NCBI RefSeq assembly: GCF_011386835.1
Contig: NC_088814.1
Location: 1,178,001 to 1,242,000, forward strand
Direction of reading: 5' to 3'
Source of the DNA: Chrysemys picta bellii
Lineage: Eukaryota
Length of the DNA stretch: 64,000 nucleotides
The translations under genes and the position numbers were made by a program. The notes beneath the pieces were generated by a model, which did no database searches, had not been told where the DNA came from, and saw nothing but the letters and a program-made list of their open reading frames with translations. Below, one piece after another: positions 1 through 13,700 of the stretch (its first letter is position 1; every line of letters starts with the position of its first letter).

Positions 1-9
1 TTTTTGCAG

Positions 10-3000
10 TTTTTTGGCACTGACTTCCCTTCGGCTGGTGTTCTTGGTCGCATTTGGCCTGATAATAATCGTTTGTTTAGATCAATGGAAGAATAAAATC
101 TGGCCTGAAATTAAAGGTAAGATGCAGCAGTAAGAGCTCGCCCCTGAAAATGACACCTGTTTCTCAACTTCCCACCATGCGCTCTTTCTCTGCACCATTT
201 GGCTTGAAATATGTCTCGGACAGTCACAAAGGGCTAGATTCGCAAAAGGACTTATGCGGGTAAATCCCAGAGCCAGGCCCCACGCGGACTTGCAAAATCC
301 CCGCAGAGCTGCTGCCAAACCCTGCATGTGCCTAAACTCGCTCGGCACCTAAGCTTTTGCAGTAAAAGTTCGCTAGGTGCCTATGTTTTTGCCCCCGAGC
401 ATGTGCACTGCAGTCCCATGCTGGCCTGTGAACGCCTAAGCCCCGGTGCAGTGCCCGAACTGGGGAAAGGAGATCTGCCCTCTGTCTAGCTTGCCTGTGG
501 AGCCTGATCCATTAAACTGCCTCAGAGTAGGCCACAAATGTGAACAGCTGGTGGGGGGGCTTCCCTCATAACTTCTAGCCCAGTGGTTGGGCTGCTCACC
601 TGGGATGTGGGAGAACCCCTGGTTCAAGTCCCCCGAATTTGAACAGGGGTCTACTACCTCTCAGGTGAGTGCTCTAACCTGTGGGCTGTGCGATCCTGAG
701 GGGAGATGCACGCTCTCCCTCTCCTAATGAAGCTGTTCCACAGTGAATAAATAATGTAAAAAGTTGTTGGAACAGGAGGACTGGATCCTGGGTCTCCCAC
801 GTCCTGGATGAGTGCTTGGCCCACTAGGCTGCAAGTCGCTCTCCTGACTATGGGCTTGTGCGGGCAGTTTTGTTGCTCTCTGGCCCAATGACTTTTTAAA
901 ATGATTTTTGCACAGTGAGGTAGCCCCACATCAGAGTATCCTGTAGCCCAGTGTTTATGGCTCTTAGCTGAGATGTGGCAGATCCCAGTTCAAATCCCTT
1001 CCCCGCTGAGGTGGAGGGGGGACTTATCTGGGGTGTGGAGACCCCCCCCAAGTTTGAGGGCCCTAACCACTTGGCTAAGAGTTCTGAGGGGGGTCGTCGT
1101 CCTTCTCCTCTTCCTCTCCTTGCACAAGGTGCCTCGTGCCAAGAGCGGGTTTGAATCCCAAGCAGAAGCAGGTGCCTATATCAGAGGGGCGGGGCATAGC
1201 ATAGACCCCCGCAGCTTGGCTCCTCGCAGTGGCTGGCTTACGTGAGGAGCCAGTCAGTGACACGCTTTGATATTCCAGTAGTGCCCACAATGGATTGACT
1301 GCACAGAAGACACAAGTCTGCCCCAACGAGCTTCCAATTTAAGAAATCAGAGCTTGCAGGATAGGACTGAATTAGTTTTCTCACTTGAACACACTGGAAA
1401 TTGTTTTCAGAGTGTTTGTAAGGTAGTAAATGGTGGTTGTCAGAGACCCAGCCTCATTATGGAGATTTGAGAGGGGCGGAATCTTCAAGAACTGTCAGTT
1501 ACTTGAATACCAAAGTGTTGAGTAAATCACCAGCTCGAACGTAGAACTCCGCCATCCTTGCCTTGAACCCGTGATGAGATTTGATGCCCAGTCCATTCAC
1601 CACCTAAAAACAAATCGGTGTGTGATCTGCAGGCTCCCAAGGGGTAACTCCCTGGCTAGCTAGTTGAGGTTAGGTAATAAGCGTTAATATTGTCTTCCAA
1701 GAGACAACACAAGCTGAGGCATAGAAGCTGGCAGTGATTCCTGGCATCAACTTTCTTTGGAAGGTAGGCAGGCTTACGGTGGCTGTGTGCTGCTAATGGT
1801 TTCTACTTATCTTGAGGGTTGCATAGTCAAGTCCCTCAGTAGCCCTGAGCTGTGCCAGTTCCCTAAGCTAGCCCGTCCCTGGGTCACTTATCCACCCCAG
1901 TCCGGGAAGTAAGGCTCTCCTGGATGTCTCCAAATTATGAGCAAATTGTCCATCCCTCAGCACACCCAGTGCAGTAACGGGTGTGTAGGCTGTATGTTGA
2001 AACAGGACTGGTAGTTCTTGCTTGTGGTTAAGACTAAAATGAGCTATTAGTGATTTGCAGAACAGACTAGCCACCCAGTCACTCTCTCTAATAGTAGCTG
2101 TTGTGACACAGAGGGGAAGCCTGTCCTATGAGAATATGATGCAGAGCAACAGATTTTTGGTTAATTACCTTTATCAATCACACTGGTTGTTTCTCAACCT
2201 CACACAAGCTAAACATTCTTACAGCAAAATTCCTTGCAACTAATTCAGTGTCTGTTCTTAATATTTTAGTGGCAAGATCTGACGAATTGGACAATGAGAG
2301 GTATGGAACGCTAATTAAATCCCTCTTCTTTTTTTTTTTTTTTGGTTTGCTGCTGTGTTGGTACTTTGTTGTGATGACAGAACTTACTCACTTTTTGCAC
2401 ATGCTTCTCATATCTGCTCAGTTTCAGAGGAAGCGTTGAGTGGGGGGGTTCTGTTCTGCCACAAGCTTTGGTTGTGACCTTGGGCCAGTCACTGAATCTC
2501 TCCCTGCCCACACAGCCCCCTGTGTAAAATGGGGATAATGTTCACGTCAGCTTTGTAAAGACCCCACTGTTAAAAACGTTTTCTGTTGTGCCTTTAAAGT
2601 GTATTGAGAGCTTCCTTGCAAGTGATGGACTAGAACCCTTCTTGAAACGAGAAACTTGTCAAACTTCTCTGACCAGAGCTGGATGTGCTGCAGGCTTCCC
2701 TGGTAGTTAGTGAGACCCTGAGTGCAGCATTAACAACAAAACTAGAACTCTCTTGGGGTTTTGTCCTCCCTAACAGTACTTTCCTCTCTCCAGGCACAGC
2801 TTACATAGGAATGGTCAGACTGGGTCAGACCAATGGTCCATCTAGCCCAGTATCCTACCTTCCAACAGTGGCCAATGCCTGATGTCTCAGAGGGGATAAA
2901 CAGGGCAATTTCTGTCAATCCCGTGCGGTCTAGTCTTTTTTTTTAGATGGGACGAACAAAACTGCACATCAAGATGTGGGTGTACCATGGGTTTATATAG

Positions 3001-6000
3001 TGGCATTATATTTTCTGTCTTCTTATGTATCCCTTTGCTAATGGTTCCTAACAGTGTTAGCTTCTTTTTTTTGTCGGCTCTGTTGTTCACGTGCACTAAA
3101 TAGCCAAATCAGTCTGTCAAAAGTTACATTGTAAAACTCCTCAAATGTTCGAAAACCACCTAATCAAGTGTCAGCAAAGCACGTTTCTTGCAAGTGACCT
3201 GGCCCAGGAGGAAGCACTCTTCCGAAGGCACAGATACCATGTGACCGAAGGTTAATGAGCACCAGCAGGCACTGCCAACAGTAGCCTTTCAAAAGTGACA
3301 ACGAATTTCCACCAACTAGGTCATAGGGCTCTTTAGAAACTTGGCACTGAATTCTTACAGGGAGTGGGGAGGTGTAAACACCAAGAAATAACTCTACTGT
3401 ACTGGCTAAATCCCCCTGCCTCAGGCGTAACTGAATCTTCAAGCAGGGCTTTCCTCCATTTCACTGCAACTCATTCTAAGCTGTGCTAGTGATCCCCAAA
3501 TCCTTGTGTGCTCTAATCGGATGCACGTGATTGCTATGGGAGTTTGCACAACATGAGGCCTGCCAGCTGCCTTTGACGTCCAACAACTTGCAAGTTCTTG
3601 CATTCTAATTGCAGTACTCAGCTAATCATTAGCTGTCTGTAATTTAAAGAAAAATGGGGTGCATATTGAATGGCATACCGGTCTAGCTATTTGATTTTTT
3701 CCAAATACTAGGTCTGGTCTTCCAGACTTTGGGCAGCTGGTGGAGGGGGGAGAAAGTGGTCTTGAAACAATCCTTCTGTAGTGAAGAGTGCCCTATATTA
3801 AGGTCAGTTTAGTAACACCATATGGCTCAGTAGACACCTGCTCACTAATTATTCTGCCTTCTCTGCAGCTGGGGCTATGTTCACCCTCAGTTGCTGAGTG
3901 TGCCGGAGCTGTGTCACCATTTAGCTGATGGATGGGTTACTGGGGTCACCTTCTTAAGGAATCTCTTCATTTTCAAAAGGCAAAATCCCGGCAAGGTAAG
4001 AGCACACTTGCTTGGGCAAACTAAACACTCGGCATCTAATCTTTGATGCAGACAGCCACTCTGTGTATTGCAAGAGCATCCAGAATGGGTAAGTGTATTC
4101 CAAACATGAGATGTTCCCTGCCCTGAAGAGCTCCCATTTTGAAAAAGGGAGGTGGGAAGGGATCGAGCGTACAAGTGAATGGGACGGGGAGGTGGGAAGG
4201 GATCGAGCGTACAAGTGAACGGGACGGGGAGGTGGGAAGGGATCGAGCGTAGGAGTGAGCAGGGCGGGGAGGTGGGAAGGGGTCGAACGTAGGAGTGAGC
4301 AGGGCGGGGAGGTGGCAACTTTGCTTGTTGATTTCATTTTGTTTTATTTAGCAGTAAATGTAGCTGTTCCCTCTGTGGGTATTGGTCTGAAGTGTCTGCT
4401 ATTAACCTCACAGTTCTTTCTCTGAGTCTGGCTTTTAATAACTTAAAAACCAAACCAGAAAGTGGTTGAGAATCTTTTTTTCCCCTCAAGTCCTATAGAA
4501 CCAGTGTTAGCCTAGTGACAACTGTGATTGTATGGGTAGTATGAAGAGGCTGAATACTTAGATGCTTATTACTGTGATCACAGCCTCATGAAACATGCCC
4601 CTACTCCTTCCTTTGGAGGGGACCGTCTCCCACAACCTTACATCTGCTTGTCAGCACAGACACCGTAGAATCCTACCCTGCTTACAGCAGTGAGCAGTAA
4701 CTTAAGTTCCCTTTAAATTGCCAAGGTGTCTTGGGATGATAGACAAAACCTCTTAAAATGAGACTGTGTTGGTACCTCTCCTAATGAAATAGGATTGCCT
4801 AAGAAGACCGGAGTATCCAAACAGTGTTGCTGATATTTGATCTGTTGTTTCTTGGCTGGAACTCTCTAGAAAACAAACCAGTTACACCAGCTGAAGTCAC
4901 CTGATTCCGTTATTTTAATGCTATGGAAACTCATGCTTTCTCCTGTGCCTCCAGTTTTGCCTTGTAGTGTGTGGAGTCTTTACATTCTTGGCTGTTCTGG
5001 GCCGATACATTCCTGGGCTCTTGCTCTCATACCTTATGCGTAAGTACAATATTCCTCAGTCAAACCAGGGGTTGTATACAGAGCGCTGGGGCAGTATCGC
5101 TAACGTAGACTCAAAGGTGCAGCTGATATGAACGGCTAACGTTCTGACAAATAGAATGTAAAATGCCGTTGCTCTTGTGCTAGAATGGTAGTGTTGGGAC
5201 AGATTGGCCAGCTAGCCCCAAACAGGCTCTAGGTGCATGTCTGTCTAGGCAGATAAATGCTCTAGCATGTTGGTTGCTATCTTAGTTCTAGTAAATCGGC
5301 ACAGATCTGCACTGCTCTCTACCTAGCTTCTGACGCATTGGATTGTGTGCATACAGCACAGCAAAACTGAGTCTTGAATCTTTATACTGCATCCCAAAAC
5401 ACTTGATTGACAGATCTGTTAAGTAGCACAGGCCAGTTTCTAACCAGCCTCCCCATTTACCTCAGTGCTCTTCATCCTGCTGTGGCCTCTCGCCGTGTAC
5501 CACAGACTGGGGCAGCGCATGTACATGAAGCTGGAGCCAGCTCTGCAGCGGTTGGATTTCAGCGTTCGAGGCTACATGATGTCAAAGCAACGAGTGAAGC
5601 AATGTAAGACTCCAAGAGTGTCTGAAACTAGCCAGACAAACAGCCGGCCCTTGAAATCGACAAACAGTTGCTGACATGAACCCCCAATCATAGGGCGTGA
5701 CAGCAACCGCATGGGTAGTACAGCATTCTTTTCGAGTCCTCTTGTCAAATATTCGCAGCCCCTCCACAGAGATGAAGCTGGGCAACTAGACTGGGTCCCT
5801 GCTTCAGATAAGAGCTTTCTACAAATTCCCATGGCTCCCAGCCGTTCCCCCTTTCTCAGCCATGGGAACACAAGGGCACTAAGCGCTGCTTGGTGAAGGC
5901 TGATTTGTGCCTGTAGCATCTCTCTCCAATGTGAGGTTGCTGCTCAGCATGTTCCATGTGGCACTAGATCTGCAACAGCCCAAACCAGACACTAGAGAGC

Positions 6001-8456
6001 CCACGTTTAACACAACGGCTTTTTGAGCTGTGATAGATTGACACCCTTTGGGCTACATTTGAAGTGACTTTCTGCTGTGCCTAATGTTATGCTTAAATGT
6101 TGCCTTGTCTGCCCTGGCAATAATGGGAGATTTCTGCTTTGACTCATGGCAGTGCGCCAGCGAGCGCCGAACCAGGAGCCGCCTGATGCTGGGACTGACA
6201 GTGAAGAAGAACTTGCTGCGTTCTGTCCCAAGGTAACCAGGCATCTCTGCAAATTTCAAAATCAAGCAAGAAAGCCTCCAGTGCATTGATGGCTTTGGTG
6301 TGTCTGAATCAGGTTTGTGATAAAACTGCAGCCTTGGAATGCTCTCTGGCCTCAAGCCTAGGGTATCAGGTGGAGAGGAATATCTGGGCAGGGTCTGGCT
6401 GCAGGCTTTCATACCCTGTCAAGCCTTCCTGTGCTCCGAGATTAGTCTGGCTGCAGTGCTCCCAGCCCACTTAATTAAAGCCACATCTTATCTGTGTATC
6501 TTAAAAGCTTGAACTTTCCAGTCCTTCCGTCTGAAGGACCCAACTCCCAAAGGACATCCATTACCTTTTCCACACCCCTGCTCTGAATCCTGTCTAAAGC
6601 CAGATGTTGCACCTGGATTGGCCATCAGGGTATTGTGGAGCAGTGTGGAGCCAGCACCCCACACCCCCTCCTTCACCCGCCATGGGGTAGCAAAGCAGCA
6701 AGCCAGTCTCATGTGAGAGCCTGTCATGCTGGGTCATCAGAATCTTTCTAGCTTGGAGCACAGAAACAATCTGAGCCAGTAGCGCTGATGTTCTTCTAAC
6801 TGTGTTTTCTTCTCTGCTTCAAAGCTGGATGACTCTGTAGTTGCTAAGGAACTGACTATCTCCGACTCTGAGCATTCAGATGCTGAAGTTTCCTACACTG
6901 AGAATGGGACGTTTAACCTGTCAAGGGGACAAACTCCACTGACCGAGGGATCTGAAGGTGAGAGAGAAGAAACAGCCTCCTAAAGGCAAAGGGACTGTAC
7001 TCTTCCCTCCTCAGCATCCACCACCCTGAAATGAGGAAAATAGACCAGATGCATTCCCTGAGAATTGAGCTCTGGTGTATAATGTTCACCTGCTACCTGG
7101 CACGGGATGAAGAGCTCACTGTCCTGTCCGAATAGATCCAGTTTCCACATATGGTGCCTCGATATGGCACAGAGTGCTTGGGAAGAACAGCATAACCTGA
7201 TGCTGGTACAAAGTGACGGCGTTAGCACGTTTCCTATTCACGCCATTAGTGAATGGAGGCAGCTAATTCTCTGCTTTAAGGAATATTCCTATTCTGTTTA
7301 CAGCTACCCAAAGAGGGAATGTGAGCTGTCAGACTAGGCCTTCTGCGAGATGGTCTGACTAGAAAGGGTCTGCCAGGGCAGGCACACAGATGATCTAAGC
7401 CTTTTCAGTGTGGAAACGTTGCACTGGTTTAACTAAAGGGGTCCTTTTAAACTAAGGCAATTAAACCCATGCAAATTCCTGGGTAGATGCTTATTCTGGT
7501 TTACCTTAATCAGTTCCTAATTAATTTGAGAGAAACCAAAGTAAGCCTGGTTTAAACCGAGATGAGTGTCCACACAGGGGTTTGTACCAATTTAGTTAAA
7601 TGAGTTCAAAATGTAACCCCTATAGTAAAACCAGTGCAATATACCCATATAGCCGAGCCCTTAATCTCAGAGGGTTCAACATCTGAGCACCCTCTGCTGG
7701 CTGACGGTGAAAGAAGCCTGGGAGGACATGCTTTCTCTCCGCACTAGCTCTCCGTACTCCCCTGCAGTATCCTCACTCTCTTGGATAAGAAATCAACTTT
7801 TGTCTGTCGTGCCTGCCAAAGGAACGTGACACTAAGTGTAGCTTGGTCAGAGGAGACAAGCGGGTGGTGTGTTTGGGGACCAGGATGCTGGTTTCTTTCA
7901 TCAAAGATGGCGGAACTCTGCAGGGGATCAGTATGACACTGTCTGTGGCACTTGCCTGATGGGTTTGGATAGTCCATGCTATAAGCTTACAGCTGTTTCT
8001 TGTTCCCTTCTAGATCTTGATGGTCACAGTGACCCTGAAGAATCTTTTGCCAGGGATCTCCCTGACTTCCCTTCCATAAATCCAGAGGTGACTGGAATAG
8101 ATGATGAAGATGACACCAGCATTGGGATTCCCAGCCTTGCTTACCGCTCGCAGGGCATGGAAGAGCTACGTCACCCGTATGACCAAGAAGAAGCTGTCCC
8201 TGCGCTCCTACTAGGGGCGCTGCCCTCTGCACACAATCTCACAAATAACTTAGCTGGATTTGTCACCAGAGGCATGATACAATTAGCCTTGTCAGGAGCC
8301 TCTGAGCCAGGCCCTGTATACAGTGACAATCCCCAGAGAGGCACAAAAACCTATCTTAGAACCTCCAGCTCTGACTTGGACACTGACGCAGAAGGGGATG
8401 ACTTTGAACTGTTGGATCAGTCCGAGCTGGACCCAGCTGGCTCGCGAGGCCAGTAA
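10..8456 (+). CDS. RETREG3: Reticulophagy regulator 3 (FAM134C), partial: coding exons 2-9
   Basis: Exons 10-116, 2270-2300, 3869-3995, 4955-5039, 5466-5603, 6153-6232, 6825-6957 and 8014-8456 (TAA). All have AG/GT flanks and compatible phases. Peptides include FLALTSLRLVFL..DQWKNKIWPEIK, WPLAVYHRL..LQRLDFSVRGYMMSKQ, DSEEELAAFCP and the C-terminal LIR DDFELL. Exon 1 lies upstream of the window. Confidence 0.97.
230..1320. mobile_element. Composite interspersed repeat with several tRNA-like heads in alternating orientation
   Basis: B-box-like GGTTCAAGTCCC (~641) and GTTCAAATCCC (~988) occur on +, with similar segments reversed at ~760-830 and ~1040-1085. TAGGTGCC/GGCACCTAA motifs are also present. 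Confidence 0.5.
2800..3075 (-). mobile_element. CR1 LINE 3' fragment, degenerate
   Basis: The - strand translation LTLLGTISKGIHKKTENIMPLYKPMVHPHLDVQFCS resembles the CR1 ORF2 C-terminus, and it adjoins a CR1 3'UTR-like sequence (GGTCAGACCAATGGTCCATCTAGCCCAG). Confidence 0.8.
4147..4316. repeat. 41-bp minisatellite, ~4 copies, RETREG3 intron
   Basis: GGGAGGTGGGAAGGGATCGAGCGTACAAGTGAACGGGACGG repeats at ~41-bp spacing. Confidence 0.9.
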
Positions 8457-11400
8457 GCAATCACACTTCCTTTCCTTCTGGTTTTTCTGTCATGAGTAGC
8501 CGAGGGGAATCTTCAGAAGAAAAAGCGTTGTACAGTAATCTAAATGGTCTCCTGTGGGTACAAGTAGTATGGCAACCAATCCTGGCTGGGTACATCACTG
8601 TGCTGTGAATTTGTGGGGCTAGCTTGGATTTCAAAATAAACCATGCTTTGGTCATTCACAGGGCAGAGGCTTTTGATGCGATAGCCCCAGTAGCATCCAC
8701 ACATCACTCTGCATTGTCTATTGTGACACTCCTTGCCCTAAACCAAACCTGCTCACTTGAAACAGTAACTGCTGAGTGTGTCTGCAGCTCTAGTGCCCCT
8801 TGGCAGACCGACCTCAGTCTCCGTTAGGAATGTTCTTGCACCAGCCCAGTCTCTCGCAGGCAGACACTCAGCAGAAGGTGAACAGGACTGGCTTCCTCTT
8901 AGAAACCTGGATTATGCTATTTTAACTTTAAAACCAAAATTCCCTACTCCTAAGTCACGCATAAAAACAACTGACTTTTCTCCGTCCTCCCTCAGCAGTA
9001 TCCAGCTGTCTTGGGTAGAAACAAACACTCTAATGGCAAAAGCAGTTTCCTCACAAGCAATGACAGAATTCCTATTGCTCCCATCAAAACCCAAGCTTTC
9101 CAGTGACGCTAGTTTATAAAAGTCATAATGGCAATAACTCATCTACTGTGCTGGTCCCAGTCCTTCGGGGAGCAGCTGTGCAGCACCGGCGATTGCATTG
9201 CCTTTCTGAAAGGAAGGGGCTTAGTGCTGGATTGACACGCCGCAGAACTAAATTCTCCCACTTGACTCTAGAGCAGCTACCGCCTGGGCAACCGCAATAC
9301 TACATGCCCTGCCCTGCCCTGCCCTGGAACTCCTCCTGCCTGGGGGGGTGGAGGGGATTCCGTCTCCATGGCCCATTTAGTTCTTGGCCTCTGTGACATT
9401 GCCCAGTCTTGTGCAGTGAGGACACCTGGCCACTAGACCGCCAGTTCATGTCACACAAGCCACCAAACAACTAGGAGCTGGTGACTATTCTGGTCACTTT
9501 TAGTCTTGAGCCAGCAACCTGAAGGGGAGGCTCTGTAAACTGACTGGCCTGAGCCATGCAGTCCCTACATTTCCCCATGCTTTTGTAAGCCATAGAAATG
9601 GATACCGATTACACTTCAGGGAAATTCTCTTGTTCAATTCAATTCTAGCTTTCGTTTCATTGGTGCATTTTTAAGTCAAAGTTAGGCAGAATGTAGACTA
9701 CCTGTCTGGAAATCATGGCCATATAGAAATCTAAGCTATAAACTGGACATGTGTTGGTATTGGATTTAAATTCAGGAATTAGGTGACCTTTCTAGGTTAT
9801 GAATAAGAAAAAAACTAAGGCTGTTTTATCCATACTTAGTATCAAATCAATCAGTAGGATAAAAGTCCACCTTCGCTATGGTGCAGCAAGGGCACCTCAT
9901 AATAACCAAAATGGACCTGGGCCTAAATTGGCATTGAAAACAAAATATAGAAATAGCTCCAACCCCCGATCCTTAATTGGGTTAATTTGGACACTGTGTG
10001 TACTTGGCTATTCTACAGTGTTAAAATTCCCATTAAAAATACAAAGATCTTGATCACGGAGCTTCGGAAGGAATCCGTGCCCTTTACCTACCATCAGACC
10101 TGCTTCTGGCTGCCTCTGCCGACACTCCTGCGTCAGTGCTGTGGTATCCAGGGTGGCTGGGATTATTCCAGTACCATGGATATGACTACAGAAAGTGCTC
10201 TGTGTAGGCTGCCTTCTCAGGAGTCTCCTGTCACTGCCTGCAGCTTTCATGTCAGTAAATGGCCATTTTTTCTTGGCTTGCAGGCTACATTAATACATGC
10301 AAAAGATTAGAATCTGCCCCATATCACTTGGGAGCAATAACTAAATGAGCCACTAACTAGCACTTTAAATTGTTTGAAACCATTAACCTGGGACTAGATT
10401 CTAAAATCTACTTAGTATAGTCATTCTGCTCACCTACAAGGCTCTGATGGTGTCCTCCTCAGCTGATCTAGTGACATTTTAATTCTTATTGTAAGGGAAT
10501 TTCTGGGAATCATTCTTTAACGTAAGAGGCGCGTATTGCAGGAAACTACCATGTTACTGGAACTGCCTTTCACCAAGGGCATGGAATGGGTGTAGAGAGC
10601 AGATCTCAATCTGTCACGCTGGACAGGTTGTCGGTCTCACTTGGGGGTTGAGAGGCCTGTGATATAGGGAGGAGGAGCTGCCTCTTACAATGTGAAGCAC
10701 TAGATTCTGGAACCGAGCACAGCAGCAGCCCAGGCATGCATATCTTTAGTAAAGCCCTAATGCAAACTTGCATGCCATAGTTTTGTTAAACAGAAGCCCT
10801 ATGTGAGCACTTTGCAAACACTGAAATGAACTTTGTCATAAGACTTAATGTCTTGCAGATTGTTTGAAGAAAATGGATCCTCACTGTGCCAAACTGTACA
10901 ACTATTGCATGAGTAACTTACAGCACCAGAGGTTCAAACTTCAGGTACAACATGACAAGTTGACTTTTTTTTTAAACCTGGAAAAAGTATTTAACTCTTA
11001 TGTGATATCTTGCCTTTTTCCTACTGTTTCCTCTTCTCTGCTGTGAGGAAGAACAAACCTTGTATGAAATCAGCCTTTTACACTCCACATTGGTGTTAAT
11101 ACCATGCTGTAAAACTGTTCAGAAGTTCTGGTGACCCTAAGTACTTTAAAACAAAATTTGCAGCTCCCCAAGTCAGAGGAAGTGCTCTAAACTCAGTTGG
11201 CTTTATTAGACAACAGGATAGATTGATTAATTGTATCAAATCAGGGTAAAACAAGTCAATATAAATCTAGAGTGGTGGTGTTCTCTGAAACATCCCTGTT
11301 TAATTGCATCTCTTTGTAAGCAATCAGCATAATCAAAACTAGAACTGAAAAAACAATGCTCAGTGCTAATGATTAGTCTATTTTCAGATGCGTCCACTAG

Positions 11401-13189
11401 CGATTTAAGAGTCTGTGAACACCCAGTTTATTCCCTGAAGTACTAACAACACTTCCTGTATCACAGACTCGTTTCTTCAGCCATTCCTTTGACCCCAAAC
11501 CCCTAAAAAGGCTGTGCGTTATGGGGGAGTGTTGTGGTACGAGCAGAGCTAGGACACTGGTGTTCTGAGCATGGATCTCCAACGGATGGCCTTCTCTGCC
11601 ACCGGGCAAGTAACTTTGCTTCTCTATACTTCATTGTTCCTATTTAGAAGTTACTAGCCTCTTATGGGGGCTGTCAAGAGGAGAAAATAAACAAATCCAT
11701 GATGAGCAGTGTAGGTTTCCTCAGACTATTCCCACTCCTTTTGCCAGCGCAGGCTCCAAAACGAAGCTTCATACACACCATGTTGTGAATTTTTGGATCC
11801 ATATTTCCATACTCATTTCAGCCCTCCTTGTCCATTGTGTAGTTACCACCATGGCTTTTAAGGCTGAAGAAGAATGCCGTACTCCACTTAAATCTCTGAA
11901 AATTCTTATGAGTTATGTCTTTACTAGTATAGGGTGTTGTAGCAGTGTTGGTCCCAGGATATTTTGTCTTTACTAGTGGCAGTCTACCTGTCTTTTCTCT
12001 CGTAGGGCCAGATAGAAAACAAACACCTTCTGCAGACTTAGGGGGACATTTTTTCTTTAATGTTCTGTGCTGAAGAAAATGACTTTTGTAGCAGAAGCCC
12101 TCCAACTGATATATAACTATGGATGAGTGATGAGCACCTCTAGGTCAAAGTGCTTTCTTTGCTGCAGTGCAGAAAGGGAGAGCTAACCCATTGTAACAAA
12201 CGGGGATGTCTGTTCTCAGCTGTGGCACAAGTGATACTCGGGCTGCTTAAATATAATTCTTTGGAATACTCCTGACTGGGCCAGTCTCTCCCCCTCCCCC
12301 ACACATAAATAAATAACTAAAATCTTCTAAAGTGCTGCTGCTTCCTAAGGATGGAAATGCAGAATCCTCTGCAGCAGTAAATGTTTGAAAATAGCATCTG
12401 TTAACTTTTTAACATTCTTTTGGAGCAGGGCCTGTTAAGTTCTAGTAGCATTAACAGATGCTATGCCCCACATTAATAAGCTACTTTTAAACAGGTTGCT
12501 TTTTCTTCTTTGGTTAAAATGCAGGGACCTCTGTGCTATGGTCCCCACCAAAAGTGTAAATTTGTAACTCCACCTAATGCCAAATCAGGTTTGTAGCCCC
12601 CACTGGGAGCAGAGTTCACCTGGTTTTGTGAACAATGTGAGACTTGGGGGAATCATGTGATTTTACATTTTAATGGCTCTCTGGCAGTTTCCAAGATCTT
12701 TAGTAACTTGTGAAAACGTGTAAATTTGCTCCACTGACACTTTCTGTAGACCAGCATATCCACTGTGAAAGCATCTAGTTCCCACTAAAGTTGCACCATC
12801 TCTAGACTTCATTAGTTTAGAATTTCATGACTTTAAAGCATTTTAAGACAGATGATACCACCCTGCCCTTTTTTGCCAAATAATAATGTGAAGTCAGTAG
12901 TCACAAAATCAATGACGTTTCTAGGGAACCAATACACCCCCAGTCCCGCCTAGCACAGCGTGCCGGGCTTGGTAACTTTTAAGGGGGTTGGTTTTGATAT
13001 CATGGGTGTGGCAATATCATCCTGCGTGTTTACAGCAGCCATCATTGTGAACGTTTATAGTCATTTGTCAGTTTGCAGTTTTTTGAAGTGAGTTAAGTAA
13101 AATGTTGACGATAACGTAGTTTTTGTCTCTTTTGTTGGTTATTCTCCCGGCTGGGGGTAGGTGGGATGAAATAAACACCGTTTTGTTCC

Positions 13190-13385
13190 TTGGGGGGTGG
13201 GGTGGGGGACAGAGGTAGCTCTGCCCTGGGGGGGGGGCATCTCGAGGGGGGATGGGGGACAGGGGCAGCTCTGCCCAGGGGGGGTGGGGCTCTCGAGGGG
13301 GGGTGGGGTGGGGGACAGGGGCAGCTCTGCCTGGGGGGGGGCGACCCTGGGGGGGGGCCCTCTCGAGGAGGGGGGGGACAAGGCA
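13190..13385. repeat. G-rich degenerate tandem repeat upstream of PSMC3IP
   Basis: Units like GGGGGACAGGGGCAGCTCTGCCC-GGGGGGG-CTCTCGAGGGGGGG. Confidence 0.85.
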
Positions 13386-13429
13386 TGGGGCGCAGAGCGG
13401 TGCTTTCTCCCCCCCGCGGGGAGGGGTCA

Positions 13430-13700
13430 CGGCCCAGGGACCATCTGCACTAGCCAATCAGATCCCAGTTCTCCTATCAAGCGGCCCACGCCTAGGCTCC
13501 GCCCCGTCCCCGAGCCGTTCCCGCCCCCCTCGCCGAGGCGCGTTCTGATTGGTGGAAAGGGGACCGTGGGCCGCCTACCGGAAATAGGGATGGTAACCAT
13601 AGCAGCAGTCGAGCGGGCTGCTGGGGCTACGTTCCTTCCGCTTCCGGCTCCATCTCCGCGGGCCCCGCACAGAGACCGAGAGGATGAGCAAGGCCCGAGA
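13430..13700 (+). promoter_or_regulatory. PSMC3IP CpG-island promoter
   Basis: CpG-dense, with CCAAT boxes (AGCCAATCAG ~13452, reverse CTGATTGG ~13546), ETS-type CCGGAA/TTCCG sites and an RFX X-box-like GTAACCATAGCAGC at 13593-13606. Confidence 0.7.
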
